Assembly (NCBI RefSeq): GCF_036245885.1 | Contig: NZ_BTTX01000008.1 | Reading direction: 5' to 3' (one strand) | Length of the DNA: 64,000 nt | DNA from: Corallococcus caeni | GTDB taxonomy: Bacteria; Myxococcota; Myxococcia; Myxococcales; Myxococcaceae | Shown here: one piece after another, positions 27,841 to 37,326 of the stretch | Layout: every line of letters begins with the position of its first letter | Position numbering within the stretch: the stretch's first letter is position 1 | The notes under the pieces: generated by a model | Database searches by the model: none | Told to the model about the DNA's origin: nothing | What the model saw: only the letters and a program-made list of their open reading frames with translations | Program-made: the position numbers and the translations under genes

Positions 27841-29556
27841 CTAGCAGTCCACCGGGCCTTTCAGGCTGGTAACGGTCGCTTCGATTTCTTCACACCCACC
27901 CAGCGTTTTCGCCCCGTGGGCCGCCAGCTTGATGCCCAGCACGTCCCCCACCGCCACGTCCGCCATGGAACGCACCACCCCGCCGTCCCGCTGGCGGAAC
28001 GCCACCGCGTAGCCGCGCGACATCACCTTCAGGGGGCTCAGGGCGTCCAGCCGGCCCCCCAGCCGCCCGAAGTGCGTCTGCGCGGACGACAGCATGCCCC
28101 GCTGCAGCTCCAGGAGCCTTGAGCGGGCCTGCGCCACCCTCGCCCGCTCGGTGGCCACCCGCGCCGTGGGCGAGGCCCGCTCCAGGCCCAGCCGCGCGTC
28201 CGCCAGCGCGCCCCGCCGCCGGGACACGCCCGCGCGGGCCGCCTCCGACAGGCGCATGGCCAGCTTGAGCAGATGGGCCCGCTGCTCCGACAGCCGCGTC
28301 TGGGGCCGCGAGCGCTGCAGCCGCTCCTGGAGGCCGCGCAGCGTCTCCCGGTCCTGCCGCACGCGGGGCCGCAGCACGCGCATCATCGCCTCCACCTGTT
28401 CGGACAGGTGCAGCCGCTGATGGTTCACCTCGCGGCGCGGATCCGGCAGCCGCGCGCGAAGCTGGCCCTGGCGCTCGCGCAGCTCCAGCACCCGCCGCTC
28501 CATGGCCCGGCGCAGGCGGCCGGACTGCGTGGCCAGCGTCAGCTCCAGGTCCGCCAGCACCGGCGCCAGCCGCTCCGCCGCCGCGCTGGGCGTGGGCGCG
28601 CGCAGGTCCGCGACGAAGTCGGAGATGGTGAAGTCGATCTCGTGCCCGATGGCGGACACCACCGGCACCGGCGAGGCGAAGATGGCCCGCGCCACCCGCT
28701 CCTCGTTGAACGTCCAGAGGTCCTCCACGGACCCTCCGCCGCGCGTCACGACGATGACGTCCACGTCGGTGCGCCCAAGCCGCTCGATGGCCCGCGCCAC
28801 GTCCTCCGCGGAGCCCTCGCCCTGCACGCGCGCGTCCGCCAGGAGCACGCCCAGCCGGGGGTTGCGCGAGTGCAGCACGCGCAGGAAGTCCTGGAGCGCC
28901 GCGCCGGTGCGGCTCGTCACGACGCCGATGCGCCGGGGCAGGAACGGCACGGGCCGGGGCGGCCGCACGCGCCGGTCGCCGATGAGCCCCTCCGCCGCCA
29001 GCCGCTGCTTGAGCTGCTCGAACGCGAGCGCCAGCGCGCCCTCGCCCACCGGCTCCAGCCGGGACACGATGAGGCTGTAGCGGCCCTGCGGCTCGTACAG
29101 GTCCACGCTGCCTTCGGCCAGCACCTCCATGCCGTCGCGCAGCGCGAAGCGCATGCGCCCCGCCATGGACGCCCAGACCTTCGCGTCGATGGAGGCGTCC
29201 GCGTCCTTGAGCGTGAAGTACCAGTGGCCGCGCGCGTTGGCGCCCCGGAAGCTGGACACCTCGCCGCGCACCAGCACGCGCGGGAAGCGCGACTCCACCG
29301 TCTGCTTGATCTGCCGGGTGAGCTCGCCCACCGACAGCACCGTGCGCTCCGGGCGCGGCGGCGGCGTGACGGCGACGGGCAGCGGCGGCGGGGCGGCTTC
29401 GGCCACCGGCGCGGGCGGCGGGGCCACGGGCGGCTTGCTCGGGCTCGCGGCCTTCGCGGGAGGGGGGCGCAGGGGTGGCAGCAGCGACGTGCCGAACAGG
29501 TCGCCCTGCCCCGGCTCCTCGGCCGGGGGCGGCTCCAGCCCCTTGCGCTTCTTCAT
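27841..29556 (-). CDS. xseA: Exodeoxyribonuclease VII large subunit with a Pro/Ala-rich N-terminal extension
   Basis: OB-fold and catalytic core: LSVGELTRQIKQTVESRFPRVLVRGEVSSF...GHWYFTLKD...VVTRGGGSVEDLWTFNEE. ATG at 29554-29556, overlapping the upstream FHA gene stop. Confidence 0.85.
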   Translation of the reverse strand: MKKRKGLEPPPAEEPGQGDLFGTSLLPPLRPPPAKAASPSKPPVAPPPAPVAEAAPPPLPVAVTPPPRPERTVLSVGELTRQIKQTVESRFPRVLVRGEVSSFRGANARGHWYFTLKDADASIDAKVWASMAGRMRFALRDGMEVLAEGSVDLYEPQGRYSLIVSRLEPVGEGALALAFEQLKQRLAAEGLIGDRRVRPPRPVPFLPRRIGVVTSRTGAALQDFLRVLHSRNPRLGVLLADARVQGEGSAEDVARAIERLGRTDVDVIVVTRGGGSVEDLWTFNEERVARAIFASPVPVVSAIGHEIDFTISDFVADLRAPTPSAAAERLAPVLADLELTLATQSGRLRRAMERRVLELRERQGQLRARLPDPRREVNHQRLHLSEQVEAMMRVLRPRVRQDRETLRGLQERLQRSRPQTRLSEQRAHLLKLAMRLSEAARAGVSRRRGALADARLGLERASPTARVATERARVAQARSRLLELQRGMLSSAQTHFGRLGGRLDALSPLKVMSRGYAVAFRQRDGGVVRSMADVAVGDVLGIKLAAHGAKTLGGCEEIEATVTSLKGPVDC

Positions 29557-31301
29557 CGCGACAGCTTCTCGACCCAGCCCTGGGCCTTGCCGTGCAGCTC
29601 GTCGTCGGGCGGCGTCATCGTGACGACGTCGCGGAACTTGGGCAGCGCGTCCTCCGGGCTGGAGTCCTTGATGGAGTAGGCCTGCATGTACAGGTCCTTC
29701 GCCTTGCCCTTGAGGTCGTTGACGATGTTGGCGGCGCCCGTGTGGTTGGGGTCCGCCTGGAGCGCGCGGCGGGCGAACTCCATGGCGCGCGACCACTGGC
29801 CGGCGGCCTTCGCGCCCGCGGCGCTCTTGTAATAGATGGTCGACGCGCGGGTGCCCGCGTTGCGCCCCATCTTGCTGCCGCGCCCGTCGGTGATGTCCTT
29901 GTCCAGCGCGAGCAACCGGGTGAGGCCCTTGGCGTCCAGTTCCTCCAGCTTCTTGTAGAGGTTGCCGAACTCCGTCACCTGCCCCATCAGCTGCTTGCAC
30001 TGCGGCGTCTTGGCCGCGCACGCGTTGAGGATGGCCACCGCGCCGGACGTGTCACCGTCGCGGAAGCGGTCCACGGCGGGCTCCCACGGCTTGGGCGCCG
30101 CGGCCACGCGCACCGGATCCGGACGGGTCAGGTCCGCGATGACGCGCACGGCATCGTCGTTCACGAGCTTGCCGTCGCGGTGCTCCGGGAAGGTCGCGAG
30201 CACGTCGTCGGTGATGGCCTTGGCCTTCTGCACGTTCTCCAGCTGGCGGGTGTCCAGCAGCTGCTTGGCTTCCTTCGTGCGCTTGTCGGCGGCGTCCGTC
30301 AGGTTCTTGCGCGCCGTCTTCAGCTGCTCGTAGAGCTGCGTGTCGGCGCTCACCTTCGCGATGGACGCCTTCGCGCTGGCGAGCTCCCCCTTGTCCAGCG
30401 CCGCCTGGGCCGTGCTCAGGTGGTTCTGGTTGGGGATCTCCCGCTCCGCGGCCTTGAGGTAGTCCTCCACCCCGGGGTAGTCCGGCGCCTGCGCGTGGAG
30501 CTCCTCCAGCTTCGCCTTGGCCTGCTGCCACTGGCCCTCGCGCACCAGGTTCTTGGCCTCCTGGAAGAGGCCGCCCAGCTGCTCGCGGTACTGGCGCTGC
30601 TCCGCCTCGATGCGGCCCTGCTCCTCCTGCTGGTGCCGCATGCGCGAGCGCGCGACGCCCAGGCCCGCGAAGAGCAGCACCAGCACGGCGGCGCCCGCGA
30701 GCTTCATCCGCATGCGCTTGCGCTGCATCTCCGGCGTGAGCTCCGCGGCGGCCGCGGCCCGCGCCGTCTGCGGGCGCGCACGGCCCTCGCGGGAAGGGCG
30801 CGAGGGCACGGCCGTGGGACCGCGCCCCGCCGCCGTGGACGGACGGGGCCGGGAGCCGGAGGGGGCCTGCACCTTGGCGGTGCTGTTGGCGGTGTCCTCG
30901 TAGCGCAGCTCCGAGTCGCCCAGCGTGATGACGTCCCCGTTGGCGAGGAGCGTCTCCTCGGAGATGGGCTCGCCGTTGACGATGGTGCCGTTGCCGGAGC
31001 CCATGTCGCTGACCATCCAGCCGGCGGACTCCTTGCGCAGCGTCACGTGCTTGCGGGAGACCGACGTGTCCTGGATGCAGATGGGGTTGTCCGTGGCGCG
31101 GCCGACCGTGTACTCGAGGTCGGCGAGCGCGAACTCCTCACCCTCCATGGGACCGGCGATGACGACGAGCTTCGCGGGGCGGGCCGCGGCGGCACCGGCG
31201 GTGGACCGGCGGACCGGCGCGCGCTGTCCGGTCCCGGAAGAGGGCGTACCGGATGTAGGCCGTCGGCGGGCGGGGGGTGGTGCGTTCGACATGGCGGTCA
31301 C
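29553..31301 (-). CDS. FHA-domain membrane protein with a TPR/coiled-coil periplasmic region
   Basis: FHA core YTVGRATDNPICIQDTSVSRKHVTLRKE...GSGNGTIVNGEPI, one TM (AGAAVLVLLFAGLGVA), then a helical extracytoplasmic domain. GTG start. Confidence 0.75.
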   Translation of the reverse strand: MTAMSNAPPPARRRPTSGTPSSGTGQRAPVRRSTAGAAAARPAKLVVIAGPMEGEEFALADLEYTVGRATDNPICIQDTSVSRKHVTLRKESAGWMVSDMGSGNGTIVNGEPISEETLLANGDVITLGDSELRYEDTANSTAKVQAPSGSRPRPSTAAGRGPTAVPSRPSREGRARPQTARAAAAAELTPEMQRKRMRMKLAGAAVLVLLFAGLGVARSRMRHQQEEQGRIEAEQRQYREQLGGLFQEAKNLVREGQWQQAKAKLEELHAQAPDYPGVEDYLKAAEREIPNQNHLSTAQAALDKGELASAKASIAKVSADTQLYEQLKTARKNLTDAADKRTKEAKQLLDTRQLENVQKAKAITDDVLATFPEHRDGKLVNDDAVRVIADLTRPDPVRVAAAPKPWEPAVDRFRDGDTSGAVAILNACAAKTPQCKQLMGQVTEFGNLYKKLEELDAKGLTRLLALDKDITDGRGSKMGRNAGTRASTIYYKSAAGAKAAGQWSRAMEFARRALQADPNHTGAANIVNDLKGKAKDLYMQAYSIKDSSPEDALPKFRDVVTMTPPDDELHGKAQGWVEKLSR

Positions 31302-31328
31302 CGCGTCCTGCTGAGGGGGGCACGGGCC

Positions 31329-34300
31329 CTAAAGCTCGTGCTCATAGGCTTTTTCCAGCGCCAGATTGTGGCAGCGATGCTCGGCGGTAGGGAAGCGTCT
31401 CCGCACGTCTTCGAGGGTCGCGACCGCATCCCGTCGGCTGCGGAACTGAACCGCCCGCTGGAATTGCATCATCAACTGCCCGCAGCGGTGGTCCAGCTCC
31501 GTTGAAATCTGGGCGATCCGCTCCCGGACGTCGTCGTACAGCTCCGGCTTTTCGTCGAGCGCTTCCAGGGTGATCCACGCGGCGCGGTACTCCCGCCACG
31601 CCTTGAACAGGTTCTCCGCGCCCACGTCCTTCAGCTCGTAGAAGCGGGCCCCGGTCTTGGCGGACTCCCGGGCGGAAGCGACCAGCTGATCCGGCGGCAG
31701 CTCGGGCACCGGGATGACTTCCAGGCGCAGGTTCCAGATGCGCCAGGGGTCGCGGCCGGGCGGGTTGAGGGCGTTGTCGAAGAGCAGCTGGTTGTTGGCG
31801 TTGCGGCGCAGGAGGCTGGGGGGCAGGACCTGCTCCAGCTCGCGCTCGGCCGTCTGCGCCGTGTCCGGGGGCACCCACCCCAGGGACACGCCGTTGAGGG
31901 ACAGGTTGACCTCGTCCCGGGCGATGTTGCTGGCCTGGTAGTGCAGCACGGCCACCGCGCGCGTGGGGGACACGAAGCGGAAGTCGAAGAGCTTGTCGTC
32001 GGCGTGCACCCAGCGCACGCCCTCCCCCAGGCCGAAGGAGTCCGGCACCGGCTCCATGCCCAGCTTGAAGGGTTCGCGGCCGGGGAGCCGGATCGCCGAG
32101 GGCACCACGAGCGCCACGAGCAGCGTCACCAGCGCCAGCGCGCCCAGCCCCGCCAGCGACGCGAAGCCGATGCGCCGGGGCAGCGACTGGCGCTGCCAGA
32201 AGAGGAGGAACTGGCCCTTGAGCGTCTTGCCCAGCTGACGCCGCTTGCGCGCCTTGTCGGCGGCGGACGACGGTTCGACCTTCGCGACGACCGTCACCGG
32301 CCCCTTGCGCACGGGCTCCATCGCGGAGGCTTCCAGTCCGGGAGGGAGGGGCTGGGTGGCGTTGCCCGCCTCTTCCGGGACGAGCGCGGGAGCCAGCAGC
32401 GGCGCCTCGCCGGGCATCGGTCCGGCGTCGAGCTTCGGCGGAGACGCGGACCGGTTCCGGCCCACGAGCGTGACCGGCTCCGGCTCCTGCTCCGGCGAAG
32501 GCGGCGGGACGGGGGGACTCCAGGTCGGCGGAGGCGCCAGGGCGGGAGCAGAGGGAGCGTTCTGGCCCGCGAAGGTGGGCGATGCCCGGGTCTCCTCCGG
32601 AGTGTCCGCGGGGATGGCGTCGTCCTGGCCGACGAAGGTCGCCGGTTCGGGGGCGCCTGGCGCGGGGGGAGTCGCCACCGCGACGCCAAAGCGCAGCGGC
32701 CTGGCCACCAGCGGGCTGACCGGGGTGATGGGCCGGAGGTCGAGGACGGTCCGCTCCTCGGGCTCCTCCATCGTCGGCACGGGCAGCGCGGACGAAGCGT
32801 CCAACGGCGGCGCGTCTTCCACCCGGGGCGGCGCTTCCGGGGTCGCCGGAATCGCCATCAGCGTGTGCTCCTCGGGCTCCTCCAGGTCCAGGACGGGCGG
32901 CACGGGGGCCAGCGTGGAGGCGGGCACGGGCGAATCCACGGTGGAGATCGCCATCAGCGTGCGCTCCTCGGGCTCCTCCAGGTCCAGGACGGGCAGCACG
33001 GGGGCCAGCGCGGAGGCGGGCACGGGCGAATCCACGGTGGAGATCGCCATCAGCGTGCGCTCCTCGGGTTCGTCCGGCAGCACCGGAGCGAGTTCCACGG
33101 GAGGCGGGGCGACGGGAGGCCGTGCCGGCGGAGGCGGAGCCACGAGCCCCGGCGGCGTCATCAACGGCAGGCCGGACGCGGAAGCCGCGGACACACGTGC
33201 CGCGCCACGACCCAGCTCGGGACGGTTCAGCGCGGGCGCGCCGACACCGGGGAGGTTCGCGCCAGCCTTGCGCTTCGCGGAAGCGGCCGGCTCCCCGGGG
33301 CCTGGGGCCGCGGCCTTCGCAGGCGCTGGAGCAGCTTCCACCGGGACAGGGGCGCCCACCACGGGAAGCTCACGCGCCGTCGGGTGCGCGGGCTCGGGAA
33401 CCCCCGCGGGCATGGAGGTCGCGCCCGGTACGGACGACCGGCCTGAACCCGAGGCACCGACGGCGGGCAAGCCCGGCGCCGAGGCTCTTCCCGAGGTGGA
33501 AGCCCCTGGGGCTGGAGGCGTCGCGCCGGCCTTGTTCGCCGGGGACGCCCCCACCGCGGGCAAGCCCGGCGCGGAGGATCTTCCCGACGTGGAAGCGCTC
33601 GCCCCGGGAGCCTTGGCCGGAACTCCGGCCACCTGACCTCCGGGCGCGGAAGCCCCAAGCACGGGAGGTCCAGCGGGAGCCCTGTTCGGAGCAGCTGCTT
33701 CAGCAAGCCCCGGAGCGGAAGGCCCCAGCACCGGAGGTACCGCGGAGGGCTTCGCCGGCGCGGAAGCCCCCAACACCGGAGGCCCGGCGGGAGCCCTGCT
33801 CGGAACGGCCGGTCCCGATGCCGCAGCTCCCAACACGGGAGGCCCCGGGGGAGTCCTGGCCGGAGCGGCACCGACCCCTGGCAGATCCGGCGCGGAGGGC
33901 CGCTTCGGCGTGGCGCTCGGCATCACCGGCATCACCGGAGCAGCCGCCCCACCCTTCGCGGCGGGCACGGCCATCCCGGGGCGCGGCAGGGACGCGGGCC
34001 GCGCCATCGCGGGCATCGACTGCTGGTAGCTCGTGGGCGCCGCTTCGATCTCCGCGAGCGAAGCCTGCTCCACGCCCTGCGGCGACACCCGCGCATGCGG
34101 CGGCGCGAGCGCGCGCCGGATAGGTCGGGTGACGTCGTCGTCATCCTCCGGCGCCACCCAGACGAACGTGAACTCCACCGGACCGACGGTGATGCGGTCG
34201 CCGTCGCGCAGCTGCTTCTCGCCGCCCAGCGGCTGGCCGTTCAGCTGCGTGCCGTTCGCGCTGCCGACGTCCTCGGCGAAGTAGCGCCCATCCCTCGCCG

Positions 34301-34376
34301 TGATGCGGGCATGACGCCGGGAGACACCGTGGTCATGCAGCACCAGGTCGTTCTCCGAGGTCCGGCCGATCTTCAC
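31329..34376 (-). CDS. Giant FHA-domain protein: N-terminal FHA, ~600-aa Pro/Ala-rich repetitive linker, one TM, C-terminal extracytoplasmic domain
   Basis: FHA core VKIGRTSENDLVLHDHGVSRRHARI...GSANGTQLNGQPL; TM FASLAGLGALALVTLLVALVV. The encoded N-terminus continues upstream of the first GTG (ILLTITQGLQVGRELAFEQAE looks like FHA beta-1/2) with no canonical start codon, so the true start is unresolved. Confidence 0.75.
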   Translation of the reverse strand: MKIGRTSENDLVLHDHGVSRRHARITARDGRYFAEDVGSANGTQLNGQPLGGEKQLRDGDRITVGPVEFTFVWVAPEDDDDVTRPIRRALAPPHARVSPQGVEQASLAEIEAAPTSYQQSMPAMARPASLPRPGMAVPAAKGGAAAPVMPVMPSATPKRPSAPDLPGVGAAPARTPPGPPVLGAAASGPAVPSRAPAGPPVLGASAPAKPSAVPPVLGPSAPGLAEAAAPNRAPAGPPVLGASAPGGQVAGVPAKAPGASASTSGRSSAPGLPAVGASPANKAGATPPAPGASTSGRASAPGLPAVGASGSGRSSVPGATSMPAGVPEPAHPTARELPVVGAPVPVEAAPAPAKAAAPGPGEPAASAKRKAGANLPGVGAPALNRPELGRGAARVSAASASGLPLMTPPGLVAPPPPARPPVAPPPVELAPVLPDEPEERTLMAISTVDSPVPASALAPVLPVLDLEEPEERTLMAISTVDSPVPASTLAPVPPVLDLEEPEEHTLMAIPATPEAPPRVEDAPPLDASSALPVPTMEEPEERTVLDLRPITPVSPLVARPLRFGVAVATPPAPGAPEPATFVGQDDAIPADTPEETRASPTFAGQNAPSAPALAPPPTWSPPVPPPSPEQEPEPVTLVGRNRSASPPKLDAGPMPGEAPLLAPALVPEEAGNATQPLPPGLEASAMEPVRKGPVTVVAKVEPSSAADKARKRRQLGKTLKGQFLLFWQRQSLPRRIGFASLAGLGALALVTLLVALVVPSAIRLPGREPFKLGMEPVPDSFGLGEGVRWVHADDKLFDFRFVSPTRAVAVLHYQASNIARDEVNLSLNGVSLGWVPPDTAQTAERELEQVLPPSLLRRNANNQLLFDNALNPPGRDPWRIWNLRLEVIPVPELPPDQLVASARESAKTGARFYELKDVGAENLFKAWREYRAAWITLEALDEKPELYDDVRERIAQISTELDHRCGQLMMQFQRAVQFRSRRDAVATLEDVRRRFPTAEHRCHNLALEKAYEHEL
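32851..33075. repeat. Intragenic 96-bp tandem repeat (~2.3 copies) encoding the 32-aa unit LEEPEE[RH]TLMAISTVDSPVPAS[AT]LAPV[LP]PVLD
   Basis: Near-identical 96-nt units start at 32851, 32947 and 33043 (seen directly in the sequence), inside the giant FHA gene. Confidence 0.85.
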
Positions 34377-34449
34377 CTCGGCCTGCTCGAAGGCGAGCTC
34401 CCGTCCGACCTGGAGCCCCTGGGTGATGGTGAGCAGGATGGGCAGAGGA

Positions 34450-35340
34450 CTAGCCCCCGACGTTGCCGAACATGAACTGGAACACGATGGGCCCGAAGAG
34501 CACCATGAACACCGTCGGGAAGATGCAGGCGATGAGCGGGAACAGCATCTTCACCGGGGCCTCGCCGGCCAGCTTCTCCGCGCGCTGCGTGCGGTCGATG
34601 CGCATCTGCGTGGACTGGATGCGCAGCACCTTGCCCAGGCTCGTGCCCATCTTGTCCGCCTGGATCAGCGCCGTGACGAACGTCGTCAAGGACGGCAGGT
34701 CCACGCGCACGATCATGCTCTTGAGGCCCTCCTCACGCGTCTTGCCCATCTTGAGCTGCTTGAGCACCAGCTGCAGCTCCTCGCGCAGCGGGCCCTGGCG
34801 GCCCTTCTCCACCACCTTCGCCAGCGCGCCCGTGAAGTCCATGCCCGCTTCCACCGACAGCGTCAGCAGGTCCAGGTTGTACGGAAGCGCGCGGCTGATG
34901 GCCAGGTGACGGCGCTTCACTTGATCGTTCAACCAGATGAGCGGATAGAACAAGCCCAGCAGCATCACCAGCAGTGACCAGGCCAGGTTCATCCCGATGC
35001 CGTTGACGACGAACAGGCCGGCCAGCAGGGCGAAGAAGGCGCTGATCTCCTGCAGCGCCATGATGTCCTCGGGCTTGTACTGCGACGGCTCGCCCGCCTT
35101 GATGAGCTTGCGGCGCGTCTTGGACTCGTAGCCCGGCCACATGAAGCGCCGGTTCATCGCGCCCAGCTTGCGGATGGCGACGGAGCCCGCGCCCTTCACG
35201 CCGCCCGCGGACTCGTCCCGGACTTCCGACAGGAAGCGCTCCAGGACGTTGGAGTACAGGCCGATGCCCAGGAACGCCACCGCGCCCGCGGTCAGCAGTG
35301 CCGAGCCGCCCATCAGCAGAAATGTCAGGACTTCCTGCAC
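34450..35340 (-). CDS. Tad/Flp pilus assembly inner-membrane platform protein (TadC-like, T2SS F family)
   Basis: GspF/TadB/TadC-type helical-bundle-plus-TM architecture; 296 aa. GTG start. Confidence 0.75.
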   Translation of the reverse strand: MQEVLTFLLMGGSALLTAGAVAFLGIGLYSNVLERFLSEVRDESAGGVKGAGSVAIRKLGAMNRRFMWPGYESKTRRKLIKAGEPSQYKPEDIMALQEISAFFALLAGLFVVNGIGMNLAWSLLVMLLGLFYPLIWLNDQVKRRHLAISRALPYNLDLLTLSVEAGMDFTGALAKVVEKGRQGPLREELQLVLKQLKMGKTREEGLKSMIVRVDLPSLTTFVTALIQADKMGTSLGKVLRIQSTQMRIDRTQRAEKLAGEAPVKMLFPLIACIFPTVFMVLFGPIVFQFMFGNVGG

Positions 35341-35353
35341 GGTGCGCCTCGTT

Positions 35354-36199
35354 TCAGATGTCGATGTTGACGATGCGCCGGATGATGAGGATGCCCATGA
35401 TCTCCATGATGGCGATCAGGGTCACCAGGATGTAGCCGAAGATGTGGTTCATCATCGGCTCCATCAGGTCCGGACGCATGTAGTTGAGCACCATGCCCAG
35501 CACCGCCGGCATGGCCGCGACGATCCACCCCTGGAGCTTGCCCTGGGAGGTCAACGCGTCGATCTTGCCTTCCAGACGGAAGCGCTCGCGAATCACCGTG
35601 GAGATGGTCTCGAACATCTCCGCCATGTTGCCGCCCAGCTGGCGCGCGATGTTGGTGGACACCACCACCAGCTCCAGGTCGTCGCTGCCCACGCGCTTGC
35701 CCATGTTGACGAGCGCCTCTTCCAGGGGCACGCCCAGCTTCACTTCCTTCACGAAGAGGCCGAACTCCTGGGACAGGGGCGGCATCGCCTCGCGCGCCAC
35801 GTGCTCGATGGCCTGGGGGAACGTGAGGCCCGCCTTGAACGCGTTGGCCATGGCCTGCAGCGCGTCCACCAGCTGCACGTTGAACTTCTTGATGCGGCGC
35901 TTGCGGTAGTGCTTCACGAGCAGCATCGGCAGGAAGAAGCCGAAGATGGTCGCGAGCACCGCCAGGATGGGGTTGAAGATGATGTAGCTGAGGATGCCCA
36001 GGAGGCACATGCAGGCGATGTTGAGGATCAACATCTGCCGCGCGTCGATGAAGAGGAACATGTCGCTCAAGTCGTTCATCGACTTGGCGACGTACCGCTC
36101 CTGGTACTGCTCGTACGCCTTCGACAGGACGCTGAAGATCACCAGGCTGAAGAAGAACACCGAGCCGGTGACAAGGAGGAGGACGATACCTGCGAGCAT
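35354..36199 (-). CDS. Tad/Flp pilus assembly inner-membrane platform protein (TadB-like, T2SS F family)
   Basis: Paralogue of the adjacent TadC-like gene; 281 aa with 3-4 TM segments. Confidence 0.75.
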   Translation of the reverse strand: MLAGIVLLLVTGSVFFFSLVIFSVLSKAYEQYQERYVAKSMNDLSDMFLFIDARQMLILNIACMCLLGILSYIIFNPILAVLATIFGFFLPMLLVKHYRKRRIKKFNVQLVDALQAMANAFKAGLTFPQAIEHVAREAMPPLSQEFGLFVKEVKLGVPLEEALVNMGKRVGSDDLELVVVSTNIARQLGGNMAEMFETISTVIRERFRLEGKIDALTSQGKLQGWIVAAMPAVLGMVLNYMRPDLMEPMMNHIFGYILVTLIAIMEIMGILIIRRIVNIDI

Positions 36200-36275
36200 G
36201 GGCGCGAATCCCCGGGGGATGAGGGAGGGGTCGGCAGGGCCGCTTCAGCTTGGGAAGCAGCCCCGCGCGCGACGA

Positions 36276-37094
36276 CTACGGGGAGCCGGCCGAGGCCTTC
36301 TCGCCGCTGCCACTGCCCTTGATGATCTGGATGATCTCCCGGCGCTTCTGCTCCAGCACGCGGGTGCGCTCGCCGGACAGCAGCGTGCTGATGGTGGCGC
36401 GGCCGCGCTCCTCGATGAGGTCCACGTCGTCCTCGTTGCGCAGCGACAGCGTCAGCTGCCCCAGCTCCGCCGCCAGCACCAGGATCTCCGCCTCTTCCGG
36501 CAGCACCATCAGCGAGACGTTGTTGTACTCGCGCTGGTTCTCCGGGATGAGGTTGATGTTCGTGGTGCCGGTGATCTTGCCCGTCGCGACCACGATGATG
36601 TTCTGCAGCAGCGTCACGGCGACGCTCTCATCCGTCTGCGGATCGCGGAACGTGCCGATGATGTCCACGTGGTCGTTGGGGCGGATCCACCCGCCCACGG
36701 ACGTGGTCTGCTTCGCCTCGATGGTGATGGCGCGCGCCTTCTTCTGCACCTTCGTGGACAGGCGCTCGGCGGCCTTCGTCGTCTCGAACTGGCTCCAGAG
36801 GATGGGGTCGCCGGCCTGCAGCGCCACCAGCACCTTCTGGTTCACGATGTAGTTCGCGGAGTCCGGCTTCACCACCGACGAGGTGACGAACTGCTCGGGC
36901 ACGGAGCGCTGGGAGATCATCTCGTACGTGATGACCGACCCCTCGGGCATGTCCTGGCCCGCCACCACCACGGGCACCAGGTTCCACCCGCGACGCACAT
37001 CCGATTCCTTCTTCTTGATGGCCGAGTAGGCCACGATGCCGGCGAGCAAACCGAGCACCAGTGCGACGACGAGCGGGGTCTTACCCTTCAACAT
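36276..37094 (-). CDS. cpaB: Flp pilus assembly protein CpaB/RcpC (SAF domain)
   Basis: N-terminal TM MLKGKTPLVVALVLGLLAGIVAYSAI, a SAF/beta-clip-like region VVVAGQDMPEGSVIT, and the CpaB C-domain. Confidence 0.75.
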   Translation of the reverse strand: MLKGKTPLVVALVLGLLAGIVAYSAIKKKESDVRRGWNLVPVVVAGQDMPEGSVITYEMISQRSVPEQFVTSSVVKPDSANYIVNQKVLVALQAGDPILWSQFETTKAAERLSTKVQKKARAITIEAKQTTSVGGWIRPNDHVDIIGTFRDPQTDESVAVTLLQNIIVVATGKITGTTNINLIPENQREYNNVSLMVLPEEAEILVLAAELGQLTLSLRNEDDVDLIEERGRATISTLLSGERTRVLEQKRREIIQIIKGSGSGEKASAGSP

Positions 37095-37240
37095 GGTTCT
37101 AGGTCCTCCAGAACGGTGGGGCGCCGTCGTGGCGGCAGGACAGCTTTGGACGAGGGGGCGATGCCAGGGCGCGAACGGGGCAAGATGTTAGCCATGCCCC
37201 AGAGCAGGTGTCAAAACCACCTCTCGTGACAAAGCGGAAT

Positions 37241-37255
37241 CCCGGGACACCCGGG
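37241..37255 (-). terminator. Short hairpin downstream of the flp gene (possible weak terminator/attenuator)
   Basis: The perfect palindrome CCCGGGTGTCCCGGG on the minus strand lies 70 nt downstream of the flp stop. There is no clear U-tract, so it is weak. Confidence 0.3.
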
Positions 37256-37326
37256 GCTCGCGGCGCCTGTCCCCCCGGCGGGGAGGACGGCGCGACACGC
37301 GGGCCTGATCCGCTGCTTCGCGCGCC

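Noticed and set aside
32851-33075. Possible CRISPR-like or mobile repeat
   Set aside because: The repeats are contiguous 96-bp units with no spacers. They lie in-frame inside a coding sequence and encode a proline-rich peptide repeat, so they are not a CRISPR array or an insertion sequence.
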